A stretch of DNA of 32,000 nt from positions 1-32,000 of the forward strand of contig JAUWGH010000012.1 of the NCBI GenBank assembly GCA_030606485.1. Reading direction: 5' to 3'. A model generated the notes under the pieces. That model was not told the DNA's origin. It was given only the letters and a program-made list of their open reading frames with translations, and did not search any database. Numbering within the stretch: the stretch's first letter is position 1; each line of letters begins with the position of its first letter. Below are positions 9,845 to 17,590 of this stretch, piece by piece. The stretch comes from Promethearchaeota archaeon (lineage in GTDB: Archaea; Asgardarchaeota; Lokiarchaeia; Sigyniarchaeales; SOKP01). Both the position numbers and the translations under genes were made by a program.

Positions 9845-10273
9845 GTGATATATCACATCATTTTATATGAAACTAATTCAGGTAAATTAATTTTAGATAT
9901 AGTTTTTAAAGAGATAATTGGAGATGATTCACTATTTACGGGATTCATTTCTGCTCTTAAAAGTTTTGGCGCAGATATCTTAAAAAATCAACCAAAAAAT
10001 ATCAATATGATTAAGTTTGATAATTTGATAATAAAAATCTTTACGATAGCAGAATTAAATATTGATGTAGTAATCCTCTTTGACCCAGAGCCAGAACATT
10101 ATAAAATTGTAAATGAAATACTTCCAAAAATAGAAACCATAATTTTTGAATATGAAACACTCTTTACCGAATGGAATGGCATGAATCTTAATGAATTTCA
10201 AATCTTGGCAGAACCGATTATCAATCTTATAAGAAAATCAATTTTTGCTGAAGCAATCGTTGGAGCACTCTAA
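9845..10273 (+). CDS. Longin/sedlin-like small domain protein (Asgard type)
   Basis: The ORF track starts at 9791, but an in-frame GTG at 9845 gives (M)IYHIILYETNSGKLIL...DDSLFTGFISALKSF, the beta-hairpin plus 'LxxGFxSALxxF' helix pattern of longin folds. The upstream 18 codons read like AT-rich intergenic DNA. Confidence 0.6.
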   Translation: MIYHIILYETNSGKLILDIVFKEIIGDDSLFTGFISALKSFGADILKNQPKNINMIKFDNLIIKIFTIAELNIDVVILFDPEPEHYKIVNEILPKIETIIFEYETLFTEWNGMNLNEFQILAEPIINLIRKSIFAEAIVGAL

Positions 10274-10305
10274 AAAATAGAAGTTAAAATATTTCTTTTT
10301 AAGTT

Positions 10306-11433
10306 TTATTTTTCAATAATTGTCTCTTTTATTTTTGTTCCAAAATGAGTAGCTCCTGGCCCAATATGAACCAAGACCTCATCTCCTTTCTTCAGATAAA
10401 CTACGGGCACTGCTTTTCCATCTACACTGATTAACCTAATAGTTTCTGCATTTTGTAATATAACATTAATCGGTATTTTTTCATCTTTCACTTCTGCTGC
10501 TAAATTGAATAACAACATAGGTCTTACTTCGATTTTTACTCTCCCTACAGAAACAATTCTAGTGTTCCCATTTAAATCAGACACGAAAACTTTATCTCCC
10601 GCTTTTAATTCACTAAGATAATTTGTTTTATATGGATTAGAAGCTTTAGGATCGTCGTTAGGCACTAGAATATAAGCGCTTACATCTCCCGCGTTAACAC
10701 GAAAGGGTCTTGAAGATACAAATTGAGTCTTAAATACTTCAGCATGTACAAGTACAAACCCCTTAGCAGTACTACCAACTAACATCCCCTCTCCAGAGTG
10801 TAATAAAGTTGTTGTGTCTACACATACCCTACTACCATCTGGAATTTCTTTAATGTTTAAGATTTTTGCTTTTGTAATTTCAATTTGAGTAGATGTTTGA
10901 ATCAATCTTTTCAAGGATAAGATCTCATCTGAATTTTTAGGCGTAAAAACGACTCCATCGACACCAATCTCAAGAGTTTTAAACATCACCTCTGCTTCTT
11001 TTATTGTATCAACCTGTGCAATTAATTCAGTATCAATTGAGTGAAGCTTTGCAATTAGATTTTCAAAAGGGATGATTTTCCAGTCTTTCGCTTGAACAAT
11101 TATAAAATTCAAACCCTTTTTAGCTAAATCAACAACTTTTAACTCATCATCTTTTGTTTTTAACTCAAAAAAAACTCCAATATTTTTATCTTGATTGATT
11201 AATTCTTCTAATTTACTATCTTCTTTTAAAATTAAATTATCTGGAACAAGTTTGGCATTATTTGAATATGTTTTTAATCTTTTAATATTCTTAAAAACTT
11301 CAAATGTCTCCTCTGAAATGATAATATCCAATATATTATAATTAAATGCAGACTGAACTAATTCATTAAAATTTTCAGATTTTTTCTCAAAATTTAAAAT
11401 TATCTTTTTCATTATAGCCGATAATCTTACCAA
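10306..11433 (-). CDS. aroB': 3-dehydroquinate synthase II (archaeal, oxidative deaminating)
   Basis: WKIIPFENLIA, LEIGVDGV, RVCVDT, GMLVGS, RPFRVNAG, YLSELKAG, GRVKIEVRP, LQNAETIRL, HFG. The real start may be the ATG at 11412. Confidence 0.93.
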   Translation of the reverse strand: MVRLSAIMKKIILNFEKKSENFNELVQSAFNYNILDIIISEETFEVFKNIKRLKTYSNNAKLVPDNLILKEDSKLEELINQDKNIGVFFELKTKDDELKVVDLAKKGLNFIIVQAKDWKIIPFENLIAKLHSIDTELIAQVDTIKEAEVMFKTLEIGVDGVVFTPKNSDEILSLKRLIQTSTQIEITKAKILNIKEIPDGSRVCVDTTTLLHSGEGMLVGSTAKGFVLVHAEVFKTQFVSSRPFRVNAGDVSAYILVPNDDPKASNPYKTNYLSELKAGDKVFVSDLNGNTRIVSVGRVKIEVRPMLLFNLAAEVKDEKIPINVILQNAETIRLISVDGKAVPVVYLKKGDEVLVHIGPGATHFGTKIKETIIEK

Positions 11434-11563
11434 TTTTTTATTTGATTTAATTATTTTTCATGCGATTTAAAATCTTTTTTATTTGATGATGTTTTTTGGA
11501 TTAATTAAAGTTTAAAAAAGATAACACTAGTATTTATTATACATAATAAAAATATTTTGAAAT

Positions 11564-11625
11564 GGGAAAACAGAAAGATGGGACTAAAAAACAAATTATT
11601 TCCAAAAAAGGGAAAACAGAAAGAT
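11564..11625 (+). repeat. Exact 16-bp direct repeat GGGAAAACAGAAAGAT (11564-11579 and 11610-11625), period 46 bp
   Basis: Read directly from the sequence; the two copies flank the ESCRT-III start codon. Confidence 0.9.
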
Positions 11626-12210
11626 AAGACAATAGTGAACATTAAGAAGCAGATTCATCAATTAAAACTCAAATCTAAAGCACTAAATCAAAAATCTGAA
11701 TTATATCGAAAAAATGCTAAAATCGCATTAAAAAATGGAAATAAGGAAAGATCTAAGAATTATCTGGTCCAATGGAAATCCTATAGGAATAAAATTAATA
11801 GAAATACGAATTTATCGTCCAAACTTGAGAGATATATAGATGCAATCGAGGAAGGCAGACTTATCAAGGGTTTAGAATCAACTTTATCAGCCTCAACTGC
11901 TGCCTTAAAAGATTTAGCGGTAAGCGCAAGTCCAGAAAAAGTAGCTACACTTAGTGAGGAAAGTGAGGAATATATTGCAATGATTGAGGAATCAGGCGAA
12001 ATTCTTGCAGGAGACCCGGAAATTGACCAAGGAATTAATATTGATGATGAGTTTGAAAAATTAGAATCCGAGGTCTTACTTGAAGCAGCTGGTGAGATTC
12101 CAGAAATTCCAGTTGAAGAGGAGTTTCTTATAGATGAGATTCCTGAAATGGAAACCAAGGAAAAATTAAAGGACGAAATAGCTAAACTTAAAAAAGAATT
12201 AGAAGAATAA
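11578..12210 (+). CDS. ESCRT-III / Snf7-family protein, Vps20/32/60 (CHMP4-7)-like
   Basis: Basic N-terminal helical hairpin and acidic C-terminal half; MGLKNKLF N-terminal amphipathic helix; ALKNGNKERSKNYL (cf. A.K.G.K..A...L); IDDEFEKLESE; EIPEIP; terminal helix. ATG at 11578 is preferred over TTG at 11557. Confidence 0.85.
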   Translation: MGLKNKLFPKKGKQKDKTIVNIKKQIHQLKLKSKALNQKSELYRKNAKIALKNGNKERSKNYLVQWKSYRNKINRNTNLSSKLERYIDAIEEGRLIKGLESTLSASTAALKDLAVSASPEKVATLSEESEEYIAMIEESGEILAGDPEIDQGINIDDEFEKLESEVLLEAAGEIPEIPVEEEFLIDEIPEMETKEKLKDEIAKLKKELEE

Positions 12211-12272
12211 GGTTAATAAAGTTTTATTTCTCTATTAAATCGATTTCTTCTTTAACTGGATAACTATATTAC

Positions 12273-12297
12273 TTTTTTTGAGAAAAAGAAAAAAAAA
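12273..12297. terminator. Bidirectional oligo-U terminator candidate between convergent genes
   Basis: T7 on + (12273-12279), and A5 plus A9 on + (= U tracts on -) at 12283-12297, within the 95-bp gap between the two stops. Confidence 0.5.
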
Positions 12298-12305
12298 GAT
12301 TTTTA

Positions 12306-14162
12306 TTAAAAATCTGAAGAATATTTTTTAAAAGCATCTTCCTCATCAATTTCCATTTTCAAATCTTGAATTTTTCTCTCTATTACAAAAAGTTCTTGTT
12401 GATAGGATCTATACGTTCTAAAATAATCCACTTCTGAGATCTCTGACTTCTGAAACTTCCTCTCTAGATGTTTAAGAGTTTGACTTAAACTGAATTCTTC
12501 TTTCTCAAGTTCTAAAAGATGGGTTCTTTTATCAAAATCTGAGCGTTTATTATCTTCTTGGTACCCTCGCTGATTTAAATATAAATGTCCCCGATTTAAA
12601 AATCGTTGGTTTAACCTATTTGGGTTCGTTAAGTCCATGTTATTAAATTCAGGGTTGAAATAATTTTTTTGAACTTGATAAGGGTGTGCAGCAGCCGTAT
12701 TTTGATTGATAAAGTTATTAGGGTTGATATTTGGTGGATATTGAGGATTATATGGTCTTTGATAGTCCTCCAACTTTCTCATTAAAATATTGTTCTCATT
12801 AAAATGGAAATCATTTTGATTTCGATAATTTCTATTTGGCTGTGCGAATTGATTTCCCTGAAAATTATTTACATAGGGGTTATTATAATTTTGTCTCGGA
12901 TGATTATAATTATAATTTTCACCATAATTCATTTGATAATTCGGTAAATAATCTGGATTTTTACTGCATTTTAGATTTAACAGATATGAAATGTTCATTT
13001 CGATGAAATCAATTAAATCTTTTACATCTAATTTAAACATCATTAGAGATTTTGAGGATTCAATATCATATCTTTGATTTTCATCAAAAACTCTTGCATT
13101 CTCTATATATTCAATCACATCTTTTCTTTTTGATGAAGGTATTGAGAAGTAATATTTCCCATATACGAATTCCATATATAGTTTTTTTCTTACTGTCCCT
13201 GTAATTTGTATTCGCTTAAATTCCTCATGAGGAATTTTAAAAATAAACTCTACCCGCTTTTTTAATAATCCATATTCATGAATAAAATAAATGTAGAGAT
13301 TTGAAATTAATAGTGTCCCCCTTTCATTTGAATATTCATTTAAAGGATTAAACCCCTTTGCCAATTTGCACCGCACCGCATATAATGCCTTCTCATCCCT
13401 TGTAAATTCAATTATACTGTTAAATTTTTGAAAATTATTTCGAATATCTTCAAGGAATTTTATTTTAGCATCAATTTCTTGGATTTTATCACTGATTTTT
13501 TTAAGATTATTCTCAATAAAAATAGAAAGAGATTTGTGCTCATGATTAAGATTTTCCAAGATTCCAATGATGATAGGAATGTTTGTATTGGATTGTGTGG
13601 ATATATCGATGAAATAGTTCCTATTCATAAAAATATGGTCATATTCTCGTCTTATATTCTCATATACTTCTTTTTTCACATGAATAAAAAGCCTGTATAA
13701 TGTAATTAATTCTGCTTCTAAAGAAGGGAAATGATAGCATTTAAAGGGTGGTTCTCTAACTTTTTTTAGTTTATTTCGTAGTAAGCTTAACTTATTTATC
13801 AGCTCTCTAAAAGGAATAATAAAGGATCTTGTGTTTCTAATTAATTGAATATATTTTTCATTTATCTGCTTCTTTTTCTCAAATACTTTCACAATAAGGG
13901 AAGAATTGCATTTAGGGCATATTTTTACATTCTTATAAACTTTTGTAGTATTTTGACTAAAGCAGCTATCACATTTTAATATTCCTTCCTTATTTCTACT
14001 TATTTTTTCGGACCCACAATTACTACAGATTAAAAATTCAGTTTGTTTTTCTTTAATGCAGTCAGAGCAAAAACTAGAATGGCAACTTTCACAATAATAA
14101 TTTAAATGCATGCTTCTCTGACACATTGGACAAAGTTGTGTTTGTCTTTGTCGTTCTAACAT
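12306..14162 (-). CDS. Multidomain ESCRT-I-like protein: Cys-rich Zn region (B-box-like), coiled coil, PH/GRAM-like domain, N/Q/Y/P low-complexity region, C-terminal steadiness box (Vps23/TSG101-like)
   Basis: Six CxxC pairs in residues 11-85; GTLLISNLYIYF PH/GRAM motif; N/Q-rich residues 402-535; residues 550-600 align ungapped to the TSG101 SB as recalled; GAGGT 9 nt upstream of the ATG. Confidence 0.7.
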   Translation of the reverse strand: MLERQRQTQLCPMCQRSMHLNYYCESCHSSFCSDCIKEKQTEFLICSNCGSEKISRNKEGILKCDSCFSQNTTKVYKNVKICPKCNSSLIVKVFEKKKQINEKYIQLIRNTRSFIIPFRELINKLSLLRNKLKKVREPPFKCYHFPSLEAELITLYRLFIHVKKEVYENIRREYDHIFMNRNYFIDISTQSNTNIPIIIGILENLNHEHKSLSIFIENNLKKISDKIQEIDAKIKFLEDIRNNFQKFNSIIEFTRDEKALYAVRCKLAKGFNPLNEYSNERGTLLISNLYIYFIHEYGLLKKRVEFIFKIPHEEFKRIQITGTVRKKLYMEFVYGKYYFSIPSSKRKDVIEYIENARVFDENQRYDIESSKSLMMFKLDVKDLIDFIEMNISYLLNLKCSKNPDYLPNYQMNYGENYNYNHPRQNYNNPYVNNFQGNQFAQPNRNYRNQNDFHFNENNILMRKLEDYQRPYNPQYPPNINPNNFINQNTAAAHPYQVQKNYFNPEFNNMDLTNPNRLNQRFLNRGHLYLNQRGYQEDNKRSDFDKRTHLLELEKEEFSLSQTLKHLERKFQKSEISEVDYFRTYRSYQQELFVIERKIQDLKMEIDEEDAFKKYSSDF

Positions 14163-14171
14163 TAAATAGGG

Positions 14172-14176
14172 ACCTC
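14172..14176 (-). promoter_or_regulatory. Shine-Dalgarno-like GAGGT upstream of the SB-domain gene
   Basis: Minus strand reads ATAGAGGT-CCCTATTTA-ATG; the same ATAGAGGT precedes the TTG start of the M28 gene (20433-20440). Confidence 0.45.
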
Positions 14177-14297
14177 TATTCTAAATAGCAAAGTTAAATG
14201 AAACCTAAAATACACATGTAATTTTTAAAATAAGTTAGAAAAGCAAGACCTAAAAAATATAATAATATCTATGTATTACAAAAATTAAACTTAATAT

Positions 14298-14591
14298 TTA
14301 TTTAATTATTTTAATTTTTTGACCTAATGCCTGACCTGGCAAACCAGCTTTTTTAAAATGGGCTAAAACTGCTCCATTATTTCCATGTGGTTTTGTTATT
14401 TTTCCTTTTAAGGATCTTCCTGCCGGCGAAATCCATTCTACTGTTCGACCTATTAATATAGATGCCTTACTTCGGGATTTTATAGCATCAAAATGTAAAA
14501 TACAATATTTTGGGTGAATTAAATGCCGACCTCTTTTATAATTGGCAATAGCTCCTTCCATTCCTAATAATTCCAGTTTGCTAATTGACAT
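14298..14591 (-). CDS. rpl35ae: 50S ribosomal protein L35Ae (eL33)
   Basis: GAIANYKRG, LIGRTVEWISPAGRSLKGKITKPHGNNGAVLAHF...GLPGQALG. Confidence 0.95.
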   Translation of the reverse strand: MSISKLELLGMEGAIANYKRGRHLIHPKYCILHFDAIKSRSKASILIGRTVEWISPAGRSLKGKITKPHGNNGAVLAHFKKAGLPGQALGQKIKIIK

Positions 14592-14774
14592 AATATGATA
14601 ATTTCCGTTAATATATTCAAATATACATTTTTAAATCGTTAAAAAAATAAAAATTTTACCTAAATTTAGAAAATCATTAATTTTTTCAAATATTTTTTAT
14701 TTTTGAAATAGACGATTTTTAAATTATTATATAGCTAAATTAAAAATTTGTGTAAAATTAAATGATGATTAATC

Positions 14775-16190
14775 TTGCCAAGTAAAGAAATTATTGAGAA
14801 ATCTGAAAAAGAATTATTTAAATTAATGTTTCCAGTTGGCAGCCCTGTTGTGAAAGAAGCATGTGAAATATTAAGTGATTTAATTAAAATTGACACAACT
14901 AATCCTCCAGGAAATGAAATCGTTGCCGCAGAGTATTGTAAAAAACTCTTAGAAAAGGAGGGTTTTGAAAATATAGAAATCATTGAATCTGAACCAGGAA
15001 GAGGAAGTATCATTTGTAGATGGAAAGGTTCAGATCCAAATGCTAAAAGTTTATTATTATTAGCGCATTTAGATGTTGTTCCCGCCGATCCAACCAACTG
15101 GGAGCGAGACCCGTTTTGTGGAGACATAACCGATCAATATATTTGGGGTCGTGGGGCCCTCGACTGTAAAGGAATTTTAGTTCCCGAATTAATGGCTGCA
15201 ATTTACTTGAAGAGAGAAGGTTATAACCCAAAAGGTGATCTCGTGTTATGTTTTACCGCTGATGAAGAAGCGGGTGGAGAGCTAGGTGTTGGATATTTAA
15301 TTAGAAATCATTTTGATAAGGTTAATGTTGATTATGTGATCAATGAGGGTGGAGGTTTTTTATTGCCGTTTGGAAAGGATACTCGGGATTATGTTGCTCA
15401 AATTGGAGAGAAAGGAGTTGCAGAGACAAAAATTAGGGTTAAAGGTATTGGAGGTCATGGAGCCAGGCAGTTGAAACCTGATGATAATGCAATTTATGTT
15501 TTATCTAAGGTTATCCAACGAATAATCGAATTCCAACCGCCCATTGAGATTCAGGATTCAGTAAAAGAAACAGCAGAAAAAATATCTTTACCAGGAATTG
15601 CCAAAAAAATATTAACCTCTAAACGATTAATTAGACCGGCACTTAATTTAGCAGAAAAATTGTTAAAACAACCTTTATCAAAATTAATAATTCCTTTAGT
15701 ATCCGATATATTGAATCCTACACTCTTGAACGCCGGAAAGAAGGTCAATGTTATCCCTCAATACGCTGAAATGACTTTTGATTGTCGCATTTTACCCGGG
15801 CATGATCGTGAAACCATTAAAGGATATCTTAAAAAAGCTTTAGGTAAAAAATTATTTAATAAAATTGAGATAATTCCAATTGAACCCACACAATTGGCTA
15901 CAATAAATTCAAGTAAAGATCCTTTTTATGATTTAATTGAAGAAATTATGAATGAAATGCATCCAGGGGCTAAAATAGTTCCTATGTTATCAGCTGGCTC
16001 GTGTGATACAAAATTTTTTAGAGAAAAGGGGGTTTATTGTTTAGGTTTTATTCCTTTAAGGTATGATTTTAATCCAAACATGTCTTTCGGAGAGTTAGTA
16101 GAAATGGAACACGGGGCTAACGAGAGAATTTCAATTAAAAATCTGAGTTATGGTGTTGAATTTCTTTTTCGATTAATTAAAAGGTTTTGA
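14775..16190 (+). CDS. M20/M25/M40 family metallo-peptidase (ArgE/DapE/acylase-like)
   Basis: HLDVVP, WGRGALDCKG, DEEAGG, NEGG, NVIP dimerisation domain, EHGANERI; metal ligands intact. Confidence 0.92.
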   Translation: MPSKEIIEKSEKELFKLMFPVGSPVVKEACEILSDLIKIDTTNPPGNEIVAAEYCKKLLEKEGFENIEIIESEPGRGSIICRWKGSDPNAKSLLLLAHLDVVPADPTNWERDPFCGDITDQYIWGRGALDCKGILVPELMAAIYLKREGYNPKGDLVLCFTADEEAGGELGVGYLIRNHFDKVNVDYVINEGGGFLLPFGKDTRDYVAQIGEKGVAETKIRVKGIGGHGARQLKPDDNAIYVLSKVIQRIIEFQPPIEIQDSVKETAEKISLPGIAKKILTSKRLIRPALNLAEKLLKQPLSKLIIPLVSDILNPTLLNAGKKVNVIPQYAEMTFDCRILPGHDRETIKGYLKKALGKKLFNKIEIIPIEPTQLATINSSKDPFYDLIEEIMNEMHPGAKIVPMLSAGSCDTKFFREKGVYCLGFIPLRYDFNPNMSFGELVEMEHGANERISIKNLSYGVEFLFRLIKRF

Positions 16191-16286
16191 TTTTAAATAT
16201 TTCTAAAGTCTTAATTTTTTTTTCTAATTATTTTAATAAAAATTGTTAAAATGTTGCGGTTTGAAATAAAATCACATTTTTAATTT

Positions 16287-17507
16287 TTAAATTGCCATAT
16301 TTACTAATTCAAGTAGATCAACAACTTTTATTGAGGATTTTTTCGCTTTTGCCGCATCTTTTAGACTATTAAGACAAAAAGGACAAGTAGTAGTTAAATA
16401 TTTTGCTCCAGTATCTTCAGCTTCTTCAATTCTATCAATTGCTATTTCAAGTGCAAGGTCAGGAAAACTAGATTTAACACCACCGCCAGCTCCGCAACAA
16501 AAAGCATATTTTTTATTTCTCCTCATTTCAACAAAATCATTTGCTCTTATTGCATCTATAACATTTCTTGGGGCATCATATACTCCACAATGTCTTCCTA
16601 AATGACAAGGGTCGTGGTATGTTATGACGCCATTAATTTTATTAGAGATTTTTATTTTTCCTTTTTTGATTAACTCATCTATCATTTCAATCGAATGTAC
16701 CACCTCGAATTCCCAATTATCGATTAATTTAGGATAATCCATCTTTAGAGTTCTATAGCAACCCGCGCAAGTCGTTACTAATTTATCGACTTCAGAATTT
16801 TTAAATAATTCATAATTATGTTGCGCTAATTGTTTGGCAATTTTTAAATCGCCTGTTCTAAGATTTATTGAGCCACAACACCATTCATCTGGTGAAATTG
16901 TTAAATTTATTTTTGATTTATTAGTAATATCAAGAAATGTCGAAGATACATAATTTAAACGATAAGCGGAGGTACATCCAACATAAAATAAAGCATCCCC
17001 TCCTTTTGATAGATATTTTGAATCTTTAGGTAACCAATTTAAACGTTCACTATGTTTTTCGAAATAAGGATTATGTTCCTTTTTGACATGTTGAAAAATT
17101 TCTTTATGTCGAGACATAGGGGCCACTCCAGCATCTACGAGGTCGGCTCTTAAAGCCTCCCATATTTCTACATGATCTATGATATTTTCTTTTGCGTTAA
17201 TTTTCATAAAAGGATTTTCAGGATTGTTACATACTTCTCGGCATGCGCCACATAAAGTACACTGATAAATCACTTCTGCAAGTCCTTCACTTGGTTCTAG
17301 CTTTCCATCAAGAAGTCCTCGTGCGATGGTGAATTTTCCTCGAGCTAAGAAAGCTTCAAATCCTGGACCGTGATCAATCATAGGACAAGTTGCCTCAAGT
17401 ATTGGATTACTATAAAGCCCTTTAATAGCATTTGTGCAATCTCCAATTGAAACACAAGAAAGTAATCGCTCTTCATAGTCTAACATTCTTTTTAGTTTTC
17501 CAGTCAT
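16287..17507 (-). CDS. Fe-S oxidoreductase, GlpC/HdrD/GlcF-like (ferredoxin motifs plus two CCG domains)
   Basis: CTLCGACREVC, YVGC, WCCG, TTCAGC, YHDPCHLGR, FCCGAGGG, TTCPFC. Confidence 0.92.
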   Translation of the reverse strand: MTGKLKRMLDYEERLLSCVSIGDCTNAIKGLYSNPILEATCPMIDHGPGFEAFLARGKFTIARGLLDGKLEPSEGLAEVIYQCTLCGACREVCNNPENPFMKINAKENIIDHVEIWEALRADLVDAGVAPMSRHKEIFQHVKKEHNPYFEKHSERLNWLPKDSKYLSKGGDALFYVGCTSAYRLNYVSSTFLDITNKSKINLTISPDEWCCGSINLRTGDLKIAKQLAQHNYELFKNSEVDKLVTTCAGCYRTLKMDYPKLIDNWEFEVVHSIEMIDELIKKGKIKISNKINGVITYHDPCHLGRHCGVYDAPRNVIDAIRANDFVEMRRNKKYAFCCGAGGGVKSSFPDLALEIAIDRIEEAEDTGAKYLTTTCPFCLNSLKDAAKAKKSSIKVVDLLELVNMAI

Positions 17508-17590
17508 TTTTTATCTTCTATTTTTTTTAGTTATTTCGATAATTTCATTTTAATTACGGTTTTTCACTCATAATTTTTGATCAATATTTT

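Noticed and set aside
11533-11550. Inverted repeat TTTATTAT-AC-ATAATAAA in the aroB'/ESCRT-III divergent promoter
   Set aside because: All-AT 8-bp arms are likely by chance at this composition, and no second copy was found; not supportable as an operator.
11781-12158. 125-aa minus-strand Ser-rich ORF
   Set aside because: Antisense to the Glu-rich half of ESCRT-III (GAA/GAG codons read as TTC/CTC/TC-rich on the other strand).
14735-15748. Minus-strand ORFs 14735-15127, 15043-15231 and 15551-15748
   Set aside because: Antisense to the well-supported M20 peptidase.
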